Below, in pieces: positions 39,683-50,023 of a DNA stretch of 64,000 bases. Made by a program: the position numbers and the translations under genes. The notes beneath the pieces were generated by a model. The model had not been told where the DNA came from and made no database searches. It was given only the letters and a program-made list of their open reading frames with translations. Location: contig JBFWNU010000003.1 in the NCBI GenBank assembly GCA_050250895.1, positions 160,001-224,000 of the forward strand, read 5' to 3'. Position 1 is the stretch's first letter, and every line of letters starts with the position of its first letter. The stretch is from Vulcanimicrobiota bacterium. GTDB taxonomy: Bacteria; Vulcanimicrobiota; Xenobia; Xenobiales; JADMJV01.

Positions 39683-41217
39683 AGCGGCGCCTCGTGCCAA
39701 TAGCGGATACTGAGGTCGCTGCCGGCCGTGGTGGGAAAGCGCGGCGGCGGTTCGTTAGCTAGCGTCGCATCATAGATGATGTTGGGCGTGCCGTAGCCGT
39801 TCAGGCCACCCATGCCGGCCAGGGTGGTCCCGTCCGCCGGATTGAACAGGTTGTAGTCGGGAGTGTGTCCGCTCGAGATGCCGCCATAGATGGCCATGCG
39901 TCCCGGGGCGCTGGTGGTGGCATTCTGCACCGAAAGCCGGTCGCGGGCCATGATGGTGGCATAGAGCGAGAGAGGATCGGTCGAGTTGCGAGGGATGAGA
40001 GCGGTGTTGCCGGTGATCTCGACCCGATTGGCCACGATGCCGAGTCGATCGCTGGTCGAGGTGGGCTTGCTGCCATCCGGGGTGTCGGCGCGCAAGATGT
40101 CGCCGGTGATGACGATGTTCTTCAGAGCGGCGTGGTCGACCGCCACCGTGTGGGCGTTCTTGTTGGTGCCCGAGAAGCTGGCGATGTTGCCGTTAGAGAA
40201 GATGACTCCGGTGCCCATCCCGGGCACGGTGACAGGCGCACCAGAAGGCGGAGTGACGATGCGCGTGCTCGAGACGGAGTCCTCTTCGACGGTGGTCGTC
40301 TGACCGGCCTGAACGATGGTGAGGACGAAGTTGCCCGAGCCGTTCACGTTCATGGTCATGGCATCGACATCGCCATCGATAAAGACTCCGCCGGCGGGGT
40401 TGACGGTCACACCGGCGGGAGGGGCCGGAGGCGGGTTGCCGCCCCAGGCGGCCGAGGCCTGGGCGATGGCGCTGGTGGGCATGGGAATGGGAGCAACGCC
40501 TGCTTGCACCTCGCTGAGGCCGCCGGTCACCAGGCGGTCGTACCCGTCCCCGTACGAATACGGCGCGTTGGAACTCGAGTAGTAGTGGATGCCATCGGGG
40601 CTGCTGGCATCTACGCCTGAGCTGGTGATCCGCCCATCGATGGCCGGTGTCGCCGGAGCAGGCCCGGTGAAATAGCTCTGACTGATGTACATCCGCAACA
40701 CGCCGTTGTGATGAACCGGGCCCTCGCTCTTCCAGCCCTGGCCGATGACGACATCCCAAAGCCCGCCCGAGGACAGGTCGGTGAATTCTCCGAACTCGGC
40801 GAAGCTCTGGCCGGCCTGGACCCAGGCCACGATCTGCCAGCGATCGCCGCCATCGCGCGAGGCCCGCGAGGTCAGGCGATAGAGACGAATGGTGTCGATG
40901 CCGTTGGGTGGCGTTTGGGGGTCGGCCTCGATCTGGCAAGACCAGTCCCAGTTGCCCAGGCTGCCGGTGCGCACCGGCGAGGGCGTGACCGTGTTGCACG
41001 GTTCGCCAGCGTTGGCCAGGGTGTGAGCGATCCAGGCCATCGAATCGCGCACGCCCGCATCGGCGGCCAGCGACGCCTCGGTGTCGATGCGATTCTTGGT
41101 GGCCGCCGCCAGGTCGGTGGGCACCACCAGCATGAAGCCCGCGGCCAGGCCCGTCAACAGGAGAACTCCCAGCAGCGCCACCATCATCGCGGCGCCTCGT
41201 CGTGAAATTGATACCAC
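39679..41217 (-). CDS. PilX-like minor pilin with large beta-rich domain, copy 1
   Basis: RRG|AAMMVALLGVLLL (no Glu5), ASLAADAGV, EGPVHHNG, EPPPRFP. Confidence 0.8.
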   Translation of the reverse strand: MVSISRRGAAMMVALLGVLLLTGLAAGFMLVVPTDLAAATKNRIDTEASLAADAGVRDSMAWIAHTLANAGEPCNTVTPSPVRTGSLGNWDWSCQIEADPQTPPNGIDTIRLYRLTSRASRDGGDRWQIVAWVQAGQSFAEFGEFTDLSSGGLWDVVIGQGWKSEGPVHHNGVLRMYISQSYFTGPAPATPAIDGRITSSGVDASSPDGIHYYSSSNAPYSYGDGYDRLVTGGLSEVQAGVAPIPMPTSAIAQASAAWGGNPPPAPPAGVTVNPAGGVFIDGDVDAMTMNVNGSGNFVLTIVQAGQTTTVEEDSVSSTRIVTPPSGAPVTVPGMGTGVIFSNGNIASFSGTNKNAHTVAVDHAALKNIVITGDILRADTPDGSKPTSTSDRLGIVANRVEITGNTALIPRNSTDPLSLYATIMARDRLSVQNATTSAPGRMAIYGGISSGHTPDYNLFNPADGTTLAGMGGLNGYGTPNIIYDATLANEPPPRFPTTAGSDLSIRYWHEAPL

Positions 41218-41237
41218 CTGGGAACTATAGCACATTC

Positions 41238-41817
41238 GTGCGACCTCGAGCAAGAGGCGCAACTCGACCCCGACAACAAGATCTATACCGTCCGCAGCAT
41301 GAATCCCCTCACCTACATGAATCCCGATCCCAACAAGCAAACGCAGGTGAACAAAGGCACCGGCAAGATGTCGACCAACGTCAAGGTGCAGGACAAAGGG
41401 GTCGAGAAGGTGGCCCAGGTCAACGCTCACCACTGGATCGTCGACTCGCAGATGAAAGGCACCGGTTGCATCGGTAACTTCGATTACAAGAGCACCCGCG
41501 AGTTCTGGACCTCGGACCTGCCGTCGTTCTCCTGCCCCATCTACAACGGCTCCTGGACCAGCCAGACCATCAACGAGTGCAAGGTCACTAACGAGATGAC
41601 CGGCGATGTGGCCAAGTTCATGGAGGCGATGTCCCACGAGGTGGTCAAAGAAATCATCTATGTCGACGGCAAGCCGAGCATGACCCGCGAGCTGGTCGAC
41701 TTTTCCAAAGCCGCTCTCGAGGATTCGCTGTTTAGCCTCGACGGCTATCGCAAGGTGTCTGACGCCGAATTTCAGGCGGCTCAGCAGAAGAAGATGATGG
41801 AGATGTACCAGCGTTGA
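41238..41817 (+). pseudogene. 5'-truncated copy of the 35301-36083 gene created by the duplication junction
   Basis: Lacks the first 203 bp, including start codon and signal peptide. Confidence 0.85.
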
Positions 41818-42302
41818 GGTGGCTCATCTGTATTCTCTTGGCGCTGGCCGCGCCGGGTTGGGCCCAACTGCGCGACCTGGACGGAGCGACCCATTCGGTG
41901 GCCGGGCTGGCCGCCGGGCAGAAAGCCACGGTGTTGGTGGTGTGGTGCAGTCGCTGTCACAGCTGCCGGGGCGTCGAGAACGATCTGGCCGCCTTCTCGC
42001 GCGACGGAGTCAGGCTGTTTGCGGTCGACCCGCATCCAGCCGACGACGCCCAGCGAGTGCGCTCGTTTCTGGCCGAGCAGGGCCTGAGTCTCGAGGTCTT
42101 GCTCGACTCTGACCAGAGCTTTCTGCGCCAGTATCAGATCGACCGCACCACCACCGCCCTGGTCTTCGACCAGACTGGAAAGCTTCGCTACTTCGGCCCC
42201 TTCCAAGACTATGCGGCGGAAGCCGTCGACGAGGTCCTGGGCGGGCAAGAGGTTACGGTGTCGACTCGTCCATTGCAGGGGTGCCCGATTCCTCGCCCTT
42301 AG
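41814..42302 (+). CDS. Exported redoxin, copy 2
   Basis: Identical translation to 36080-36568. Confidence 0.85.
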   Translation: MRWLICILLALAAPGWAQLRDLDGATHSVAGLAAGQKATVLVVWCSRCHSCRGVENDLAAFSRDGVRLFAVDPHPADDAQRVRSFLAEQGLSLEVLLDSDQSFLRQYQIDRTTTALVFDQTGKLRYFGPFQDYAAEAVDEVLGGQEVTVSTRPLQGCPIPRP

Positions 42303-42378
42303 GATAAGTGGACCCATTCGGGCCATTTCTAGGGCCATGCGCAGGAACCCCTCCGGACTGCGGGAAGAACGGTATTCG

Positions 42379-43539
42379 ATGAACTTCGTTTATCTGTCCC
42401 CCCATTTTCCCCCGAATTACCAGGCCTTTTGTATCGAGCTGCGTTTGCAGGGGGCGAATGTGCTGGGTCTGGCCGAGGCTCCGTATGATTCTCTCTCGCC
42501 CCGTTTGCGCAACGTCTTGACCGAGTATTATCGGGTCGACGACATGCACGACTATGATCAGCTGGTGCGGGCGTTGGGCTATTTCACGCACCAGTACGGC
42601 AAAATCGACCGGCTCGAATCGCACGCCGAGTACTGGCTCGAGACCGAGGCCAGGCTGCGCACCGACTTCAACATCACCGGTCTGCGCGCCCACGACCTGC
42701 CCACCATGAAGCGCAAGTCGCTGATGAAGCAGAAGTTCATCGAGGCCGGCGTCGAGGTGGTTCGCGGCGAGGTCGCCCGCGATCGCAATCACGCCCTCAA
42801 GATCGCTAAGAAGCTGGGCTTTCCGCTGGTGGCCAAGCCCGACATCGGGGTGGGAGCGGCCGGAACTTTTCGTTTCGACGATGCCGACGCTTTGAGCGCG
42901 TTCTACGAGCAGAGCCATCCTCACGACTACATCCTCGAGCAATACATCGACGGCGTGTTGACCAGCTTCGATGGCCTGGTCGACCGCGATGGCAAGCCGG
43001 TGTTGCTGGCCTCGCACGTGTTCTCGGACGGAATCATGGACGTGGTCAGCCAGGACCTCGACATGTTTTACTACTCCGAGCGCGAGCTGCCCCAGGACCT
43101 CGAGCAGGCCGGCCGGGCGGTGCTGGCCGCCTATGGCCTGACCGAACGATTCTTCCATTTCGAGTTCATCCGTCGCCACAGCGACCAGAAGCTGGTCGGC
43201 CTCGAGGTCAACATGCGCCCGCCGGGAGGGTTGACCACCGACATGTTCAACTTCGCCAACGACATCGATATCTATCGCCAGTGGGCCCGAGTGGTAGTGG
43301 GCAAGTCGTTCGAACCCGATCCGGCCCGGCCGTTTCATTGCTGCTACATCGGTCGCAAGGACAACCGCACCTACCGCCACGACCACGATCAGGTGTTGGC
43401 CCGGGCGGGCGACTTGCTGTGCCACGAGGAGCGGGTCCAATCGGTCTTTCGGGGGGCCATCGGGGATCACGGCTATCTGCTACGTTCACCCCAATTGAAC
43501 GACTTGCTAGAGGTAGCCAACTACGCTTTGGAGAGCTAG
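42379..43539 (+). CDS. ATP-grasp domain protein, copy 2
   Basis: Identical translation to copy 1. Confidence 0.9.
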   Translation: MNFVYLSPHFPPNYQAFCIELRLQGANVLGLAEAPYDSLSPRLRNVLTEYYRVDDMHDYDQLVRALGYFTHQYGKIDRLESHAEYWLETEARLRTDFNITGLRAHDLPTMKRKSLMKQKFIEAGVEVVRGEVARDRNHALKIAKKLGFPLVAKPDIGVGAAGTFRFDDADALSAFYEQSHPHDYILEQYIDGVLTSFDGLVDRDGKPVLLASHVFSDGIMDVVSQDLDMFYYSERELPQDLEQAGRAVLAAYGLTERFFHFEFIRRHSDQKLVGLEVNMRPPGGLTTDMFNFANDIDIYRQWARVVVGKSFEPDPARPFHCCYIGRKDNRTYRHDHDQVLARAGDLLCHEERVQSVFRGAIGDHGYLLRSPQLNDLLEVANYALES

Positions 43540-44271
43540 ATGTACGAAACCCATCGCTGGTGGAGCCCCCACCTGGGGCAAGACATGGAATTTCGGGTCT
43601 ACGGCCATGCTGGCAAGCCCGCCATCGTCTTCCCTTCGCAAGAGGGGCGTTTCTTCGAGTATCACGACTTCGGCATGGTCGAGGCGGTCAAGCCGTGGCT
43701 CGACCAGGGCCGGTTGCGCCTGGTCACGGTCGATGGCATCGACGGCCAGAGCTGGCTTAACAACGACATTCATCCTCACCATCGCGCTTTGCGGGCTCAC
43801 GCTTACGACGCCTACATCATGAACGAGATCGTGCCGTTCGTCGAAGCCATGGCTCCCGATCAGGGCATCATGCTCACGGGTTGCTCGATGGGTGGTTACC
43901 ACTCGGCCAACGTCTTTTTCCGCCACCCCGGCCGCTTCGACACTTTGATCGCCATCAGCGGAGTCTATCGGCTGATGCTGTTCATTGGCGACTACATGGA
44001 CGAGGAGGTCTACTTCCACGTGCCCCTGGCCTACCTGCCCAACCTGCACGACCCGGCGGCGCTCGAGGCTATGCGCCGAGCCCGCATCGTGGTGGTGGTG
44101 GGTCAGGGAGCCTGGGAGCACGACATGGTCCACGACACCCGCGCCCTCGAGCAGATCCTCCAGTCCAAGAACGTCCCGGCCCGCTTTGACTATTGGGGCC
44201 ACGATGTCGACCACGACTGGCCCTGGTGGCGCAAGATGATGCCCCACTTCCTGACCGAACTGGGCATCTAA
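43540..44271 (+). CDS. Alpha/beta-hydrolase esterase, copy 2
   Basis: Identical translation to copy 1. Confidence 0.9.
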   Translation: MYETHRWWSPHLGQDMEFRVYGHAGKPAIVFPSQEGRFFEYHDFGMVEAVKPWLDQGRLRLVTVDGIDGQSWLNNDIHPHHRALRAHAYDAYIMNEIVPFVEAMAPDQGIMLTGCSMGGYHSANVFFRHPGRFDTLIAISGVYRLMLFIGDYMDEEVYFHVPLAYLPNLHDPAALEAMRRARIVVVVGQGAWEHDMVHDTRALEQILQSKNVPARFDYWGHDVDHDWPWWRKMMPHFLTELGI

Positions 44272-44442
44272 CCCTGAGCGGCCTCTCTGGCCGCTTTCAA
44301 CCTCGGCATGAGGCTGGGGTGTAAAGTACCGAGCTTCGGGTTCTGCCCGTGGCGCGGACGAGGTGGGACCGCAAACCATTGTCAATTTGCCTCTTTGGAT
44401 ATCAAGAAGATGTCATGTGAGGAGCGGTTTGTCCACTTCGGA

Positions 44443-44997
44443 TTATTTGAAGGGCAATTGGATGCTGGTCGTGGTTTGCGACGTCTGGTCGCGGCTCTGG
44501 CCCGAAGCTCCGCGGATGGTGGTGCTGCCTTCGATGGTGGCGGTCACCACCGTGTCGGACAGGCGGTCGACCTCGAAGCTGCTGATTTGCCGTCCCAGGA
44601 TTCGCTGGGGCGCGGCGCCATAGACACTTTCCAGCACCAGCGTCTCGGGGCCGGCCACCTGACGGATGCGAAAGAGTTCATAAACGGGGCTGCGCGGATC
44701 GAAGGGAGTGGCCGGGTCCATCAGCTCGGCCGGGGCACAGAAGATGACCTCAGAAGCGGTAGCGCCTACTCCAGGAGCATAGATCGCGGTCTGGATTTCG
44801 CTGGGGGCGACCGCCGAGCGCAAGATCAGGCTGCTGCGTTTGGTGGCTTCGCGCAATTGGATCTCCATCTCGACTCGCTGCGTGCCCTGATGGCTGGAAG
44901 CGATGAAGCCTCTGAGGGCAAAGGCGAACATGGCTCCGATGATGCTCAAGAGAGCGACCGACACCAGCAGTTCAGCGATGGTAAAGCCTCGCCTCAT
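44443..44997 (-). CDS. Prepilin-type (PilW/GspJ-like) protein, copy 2
   Basis: Identical translation to copy 1. Confidence 0.88.
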   Translation of the reverse strand: MRRGFTIAELLVSVALLSIIGAMFAFALRGFIASSHQGTQRVEMEIQLREATKRSSLILRSAVAPSEIQTAIYAPGVGATASEVIFCAPAELMDPATPFDPRSPVYELFRIRQVAGPETLVLESVYGAAPQRILGRQISSFEVDRLSDTVVTATIEGSTTIRGASGQSRDQTSQTTTSIQLPFK

Positions 44998-45416
44998 GGA
45001 GCCCGATGCAATCCTTTGAGAGTCACCCCGTGCTCGACGCCTTTACTTTCCCAATAGAGATTGACCGTGACTTCGAAGAGAAGATAGCCGTAGTTGGCGG
45101 GATTGGTGTCCTGTCGAACCATCTGGAGGTTGCGGGTGTAGCCGGTGCCGGCCGGAAAATTGGCCGTGAAGGGAGCGGCCTCGAGGGCCACGCGAGCGTT
45201 GATGGGGTCATTGATAGGAGCCACCTCGGGAAGGTTGCCGACCCGAACCAGATCGAGCACCTGTCGCGCCACACCCAGGGCTTCATCGGTCTTGGCCGCC
45301 TGCTGGGCGCCGCGAAAAGCCGAGATGATCACTCCCAGCAAAGCCAGCAGCACCAGGCCAAGCACGGCCACGGCCACGATGGTTTCGAGCAGACTCAGGC
45401 CACGCGGCGATTTCAC
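44994..45416 (-). CDS. Prepilin-type (PilV-like) protein, copy 2
   Basis: Identical translation to copy 1. Confidence 0.85.
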   Translation of the reverse strand: MKSPRGLSLLETIVAVAVLGLVLLALLGVIISAFRGAQQAAKTDEALGVARQVLDLVRVGNLPEVAPINDPINARVALEAAPFTANFPAGTGYTRNLQMVRQDTNPANYGYLLFEVTVNLYWESKGVEHGVTLKGLHRAP

Positions 45417-46951
45417 AGCGGCGCCTCGTGCCAATAGCGGATACTGAGGTCGCTGCCGGCCGTGGTGGGAAAGCGCGGCGGCGGTTCGTTAGCTAGCGTC
45501 GCATCATAGATGATGTTGGGCGTGCCGTAGCCGTTCAGGCCACCCATGCCGGCCAGGGTGGTCCCGTCCGCCGGATTGAACAGGTTGTAGTCGGGAGTGT
45601 GTCCGCTCGAGATGCCGCCATAGATGGCCATGCGTCCCGGGGCGCTGGTGGTGGCATTCTGCACCGAAAGCCGGTCGCGGGCCATGATGGTGGCATAGAG
45701 CGAGAGAGGATCGGTCGAGTTGCGAGGGATGAGAGCGGTGTTGCCGGTGATCTCGACCCGATTGGCCACGATGCCGAGTCGATCGCTGGTCGAGGTGGGC
45801 TTGCTGCCATCCGGGGTGTCGGCGCGCAAGATGTCGCCGGTGATGACGATGTTCTTCAGAGCGGCGTGGTCGACCGCCACCGTGTGGGCGTTCTTGTTGG
45901 TGCCCGAGAAGCTGGCGATGTTGCCGTTAGAGAAGATGACTCCGGTGCCCATCCCGGGCACGGTGACAGGCGCACCAGAAGGCGGAGTGACGATGCGCGT
46001 GCTCGAGACGGAGTCCTCTTCGACGGTGGTCGTCTGACCGGCCTGAACGATGGTGAGGACGAAGTTGCCCGAGCCGTTCACGTTCATGGTCATGGCATCG
46101 ACATCGCCATCGATAAAGACTCCGCCGGCGGGGTTGACGGTCACACCGGCGGGAGGGGCCGGAGGCGGGTTGCCGCCCCAGGCGGCCGAGGCCTGGGCGA
46201 TGGCGCTGGTGGGCATGGGAATGGGAGCAACGCCTGCTTGCACCTCGCTGAGGCCGCCGGTCACCAGGCGGTCGTACCCGTCCCCGTACGAATACGGCGC
46301 GTTGGAACTCGAGTAGTAGTGGATGCCATCGGGGCTGCTGGCATCTACGCCTGAGCTGGTGATCCGCCCATCGATGGCCGGTGTCGCCGGAGCAGGCCCG
46401 GTGAAATAGCTCTGACTGATGTACATCCGCAACACGCCGTTGTGATGAACCGGGCCCTCGCTCTTCCAGCCCTGGCCGATGACGACATCCCAAAGCCCGC
46501 CCGAGGACAGGTCGGTGAATTCTCCGAACTCGGCGAAGCTCTGGCCGGCCTGGACCCAGGCCACGATCTGCCAGCGATCGCCGCCATCGCGCGAGGCCCG
46601 CGAGGTCAGGCGATAGAGACGAATGGTGTCGATGCCGTTGGGTGGCGTTTGGGGGTCGGCCTCGATCTGGCAAGACCAGTCCCAGTTGCCCAGGCTGCCG
46701 GTGCGCACCGGCGAGGGCGTGACCGTGTTGCACGGTTCGCCAGCGTTGGCCAGGGTGTGAGCGATCCAGGCCATCGAATCGCGCACGCCCGCATCGGCGG
46801 CCAGCGACGCCTCGGTGTCGATGCGATTCTTGGTGGCCGCCGCCAGGTCGGTGGGCACCACCAGCATGAAGCCCGCGGCCAGGCCCGTCAACAGGAGAAC
46901 TCCCAGCAGCGCCACCATCATCGCGGCGCCTCGTCGTGAAATTGATACCAC
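45413..46951 (-). CDS. PilX-like minor pilin, copy 2 (native upstream region)
   Basis: Identical to copy 1; extended -10 TGCTATAGT just upstream of the GTG. Confidence 0.8.
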   Translation of the reverse strand: MVSISRRGAAMMVALLGVLLLTGLAAGFMLVVPTDLAAATKNRIDTEASLAADAGVRDSMAWIAHTLANAGEPCNTVTPSPVRTGSLGNWDWSCQIEADPQTPPNGIDTIRLYRLTSRASRDGGDRWQIVAWVQAGQSFAEFGEFTDLSSGGLWDVVIGQGWKSEGPVHHNGVLRMYISQSYFTGPAPATPAIDGRITSSGVDASSPDGIHYYSSSNAPYSYGDGYDRLVTGGLSEVQAGVAPIPMPTSAIAQASAAWGGNPPPAPPAGVTVNPAGGVFIDGDVDAMTMNVNGSGNFVLTIVQAGQTTTVEEDSVSSTRIVTPPSGAPVTVPGMGTGVIFSNGNIASFSGTNKNAHTVAVDHAALKNIVITGDILRADTPDGSKPTSTSDRLGIVANRVEITGNTALIPRNSTDPLSLYATIMARDRLSVQNATTSAPGRMAIYGGISSGHTPDYNLFNPADGTTLAGMGGLNGYGTPNIIYDATLANEPPPRFPTTAGSDLSIRYWHEAPL

Positions 46952-47007
46952 CTGGGAACTATAGCACATTCTCACGGTAGATGTCGGGGTCGTGAGCGAG
47001 AAGTGTC

Positions 47008-48966
47008 TCAGCGCAGACTTCGCTCCAGGTCGCGGCGGGGGATGAAGTCGACCACCTCGAGCTGTCCCTGCTCGAGCATGGGGCGCACCAACAAGCGGTG
47101 GTTGCGTCCGATTCTGAGCGAGCGCAAATCCGGCCGCAGCTTGAGACTCTTCATCTGGCTCAAGACCGACACCGAACCGGCACATAGCTCGCCCAGTCTC
47201 ATCAGGGCTTTGCGGCGCAGCTCCTCGTCGCAGCTTTGAAAGGCCTTCATTCCCCGAGGACTAAACAGCGGCAGTAGAGGTGGCCAGCTGATCGCTGGCG
47301 CGTCCTCTTCCAGCGAGTCCTCGACGGCACGAGCTACGGCGGGATCGGGTGAGGGCTGAGAGCTTGCCACCACTCTCGCTTGTTCACGCAATCTCTTCCT
47401 CTCGGCGTTGCCCTCATGAAGCAAGCCTTTCAACTCCCTGACCCGCTCGCGCAGACGAATTGCTTCGGGGTCGTCTATCACCCGGGTAACTACTTCTGGC
47501 TGGCGGGCTAATTCTCGCTCGAGTTGCTTTTGTTTTGCGGCCAGCTCCGCTCGAAGTTTCTGGGCTGCTTGTTTAGCTTGGGCTAACTCCGCTTGCAGCT
47601 GTTCGGTCGCGCGCGCCTGCTCTTCCGAGTGGGAATCATCTTCTTGGACTGTCTCTAGCCCTCGGTCCAGCTGGGCGTCAAGGATGTCTTCGGCCAGGTC
47701 CCCAGGCGGTAAATTCAAACGGTCACGAGCCATCTCGATCTGATCTACCAGTCCGATAGAGTCGAGATCTCTCCCCATAATCAGGCCCCGGGCCAAGAGG
47801 ATGCCGAGGGCTGGATATTTCTTGAGGATGACGTAGGTCAGATCGACCAGATCAGGCGTGTAGTCGCGAGCCAGAAGCTCGCCCAGCAGCTGCTCCAACT
47901 TGTCGAGGATGGGGGAATCGGTCTCGACCATCTCGAGTTCGAAGAGCTGGTCGGGCAAGACCTCGTCGCACTTTTCCATCTGGATTCGGGCCCGCTCGTA
48001 TTCCCCGGCCCGCAACAGCTGATCGACGAAGTCGAGACGGTGCCCAGGGTCACTCATGGGGCGTTCCAGGAACTCTTCGAGCGCCTGCTCAGCCGCCTCC
48101 CAGAGTCGATGGTCTTGCAGTCTGTGCCATACGAGCAGTAGCTGATGGTCGTCTTCAATCCTGGTAAAGTCGAGCTTGCAAAGCTCTCGAATCGGCAGGT
48201 CCGCCAGGTCGTGCGAGTCCAATAGGGCGGGGTCATTGCTCGGGATCATGCTGGTTGCGGAGGCCTCGTCCTCGTCGAGACAGCATTTCTTGTATTTCTT
48301 GCCACTTCCACAGTGGCACGGGTCGTTACGGCCGACCTTCTTGGTGCTGCGCCGCACGGTGAAGCCGCTGGCGATTCTCATCAGCCGTTGCGGAAGCCGG
48401 TCCAGCACCGACTGGTGGAGAGGCTCGAGCAGCCGTCGGCCAAACCGCTCCGCCTGGGCCGAGCCGACCAGCCCGACCCAGCGCGAGGCAACTTCGTTTA
48501 GATGTTCGTCGTCGAGCCGCCGGGCGGCGATGCCGATGACCATGCCTGCCTCCATCGCCAGCGGCTTGCGACTGAGTTGTCGCAGCAGTTGTACGAGACG
48601 CCTGGGAGGAGACGGCCCCTCTAGAAGCTCCGTGCAAATCAAGAGGCAAAGGGCCTCTCTCTCGTGGCTCAGAGTGCCTCCCTCGACGGCGTCGAGCAAA
48701 GCCTCCAGTTTGTTGCCGTCGGTGCAACCCAGAATGTTGAAGATGCTCTGTGGCTCTTCGAGGAAGGTGAGCCCGGGCACTACCAGCGAGACATCGAGCC
48801 GATGACCGGCCTGGGCGGCGGCCATCACTAGCGCTTCGACCGATTCCCCCCGGTCGATCAGCGCCTTGACCAGGGGCTCGAGCGGGCCCTCGAGGGCCTG
48901 GGCCAGGTTTTCAATTTCTGGCCTGGTGAGTGCGGTGGACCTGATTTTCTCTAATAGAGGCTCCAT
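47008..48966 (-). CDS. SEC-C motif protein with coiled coil and C-terminal RelE/ParE-like domain
   Basis: KVGRNDPCHCGSGKKYKKCC; coiled coil; C-terminal LRSLRIGRNHRLL..LEVVDFIPR. Confidence 0.8.
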   Translation of the reverse strand: MEPLLEKIRSTALTRPEIENLAQALEGPLEPLVKALIDRGESVEALVMAAAQAGHRLDVSLVVPGLTFLEEPQSIFNILGCTDGNKLEALLDAVEGGTLSHEREALCLLICTELLEGPSPPRRLVQLLRQLSRKPLAMEAGMVIGIAARRLDDEHLNEVASRWVGLVGSAQAERFGRRLLEPLHQSVLDRLPQRLMRIASGFTVRRSTKKVGRNDPCHCGSGKKYKKCCLDEDEASATSMIPSNDPALLDSHDLADLPIRELCKLDFTRIEDDHQLLLVWHRLQDHRLWEAAEQALEEFLERPMSDPGHRLDFVDQLLRAGEYERARIQMEKCDEVLPDQLFELEMVETDSPILDKLEQLLGELLARDYTPDLVDLTYVILKKYPALGILLARGLIMGRDLDSIGLVDQIEMARDRLNLPPGDLAEDILDAQLDRGLETVQEDDSHSEEQARATEQLQAELAQAKQAAQKLRAELAAKQKQLERELARQPEVVTRVIDDPEAIRLRERVRELKGLLHEGNAERKRLREQARVVASSQPSPDPAVARAVEDSLEEDAPAISWPPLLPLFSPRGMKAFQSCDEELRRKALMRLGELCAGSVSVLSQMKSLKLRPDLRSLRIGRNHRLLVRPMLEQGQLEVVDFIPRRDLERSLR

Positions 48967-48972
48967 CTGACG

Positions 48973-49674
48973 TTATTCCTTCAGGTTCGTCTTTTCTTGG
49001 GCGGGCGGACCCGGCACTCGCGGCCGAGGCAACCCGCGCAGCGTGGTCGCCCCCCGATTGGGCGGCGCCACCCACTTTCCCTTGCGAAAGACGTTCCACA
49101 GGCCCCCGGGAGTGTTCTGGCCTTCGGTTGCGGGTTCCGTCGGGTTCGAAAAGAGGCGGCCGTCGACATCGGGGAATTGGCCGGGAAAGTAGACGAAGTC
49201 GGGGCTGGCGATGACGGTGACCTGGAACCGCTGGCTAAAGGCGCGCCCGATGCCTTCAGCCATCGATGGATCGACCAGCCCGCTATGGTCATACCAGCCG
49301 GTCTGGCAGCCATAGAAAAAGACCATCGCCTCGGGGTGGAGCGCGCGCTCGAAGTTGGGCAACCAGTCTGGGTCAGGCTGTTGGCCCGACTTGTCGGTCA
49401 GGCGCCACTGGTCGTTGCGATACCAGAGCACGTTCTCGAGGTGCCCATCGGCAAACTCGTCAATGCTCTGGTAGAGTCGGCTGCCGTCGCCCGAGAACTC
49501 GAGCAACCGAATCGAGGCCGGCTCGGCGGTCTTGAGAAAGGCGACGAACTCGGTGGTGGTCTCGAACACCAGACTGCCGTTGACGCGCAGTCCGCTATCG
49601 GCGGCCAGAGCCGGGGCGAGCAGGCCCAGCAGAAGCACTACCAGCCAATTCAGGGAACGCGCACTCAGAATCAT
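48973..49674 (-). CDS. Secreted hypothetical protein
   Basis: Signal peptide ending ALA; FFYGCQTG. Confidence 0.7.
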   Translation of the reverse strand: MILSARSLNWLVVLLLGLLAPALAADSGLRVNGSLVFETTTEFVAFLKTAEPASIRLLEFSGDGSRLYQSIDEFADGHLENVLWYRNDQWRLTDKSGQQPDPDWLPNFERALHPEAMVFFYGCQTGWYDHSGLVDPSMAEGIGRAFSQRFQVTVIASPDFVYFPGQFPDVDGRLFSNPTEPATEGQNTPGGLWNVFRKGKWVAPPNRGATTLRGLPRPRVPGPPAQEKTNLKE

Positions 49675-49737
49675 CGCCCTTTGGTGTAGCGCGGCCGAGC
49701 GTGGAAGCTCACTGCGTAGCCTCCGATCAACAGGTAG

Positions 49738-49983
49738 TCAACCTTTTCTTGGGCGAATACCGATAGGAGAGCCTTGAAGTCTTGGTGCAGGTTCATCTCC
49801 TCTCTTGAGGCTCCAAGCCTCCATGGCCATCTCCCAGACGGCATCAAATCGAGCCGAGGGTGAGGCTGATCGCCAGAACTTCAGGTCCTCGTCGAGTAGC
49901 GCGGAGTGAGTCTGGACCCTGGCTCCCCGCCACGCCTGCCGGCGATGGGCTGCCCGCTCTTCGAAACCCGATTGCATACTCAT
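49738..49983 (-). CDS. Small hypothetical protein
   Basis: 81 aa; DLKFWRSASPSARFDAVWEM...PRLQ. Confidence 0.6.
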   Translation of the reverse strand: MSMQSGFEERAAHRRQAWRGARVQTHSALLDEDLKFWRSASPSARFDAVWEMAMEAWSLKRGDEPAPRLQGSPIGIRPRKG

Positions 49984-50023
49984 CTGGTTCGACGAGAGCC
50001 ACCGGAAACCTGGGGCCCTCTCA

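Larger units (their letters stand above)
35504..46971. repeat. Tandem duplication, unit 5,734 bp (35504-41237 and 41238-46971)
   Basis: All ORFs repeat at offset 5734 with identical translations; junction ...CACATTC|GTGCGACC... Confidence 0.97.

Noticed and set aside
41218-41637. N-terminal extensions of the PilX-like ORFs (to 41637 and 47185)
   Set aside because: They differ between copies and are antisense to other genes; the pilin signal begins near 41217/46951
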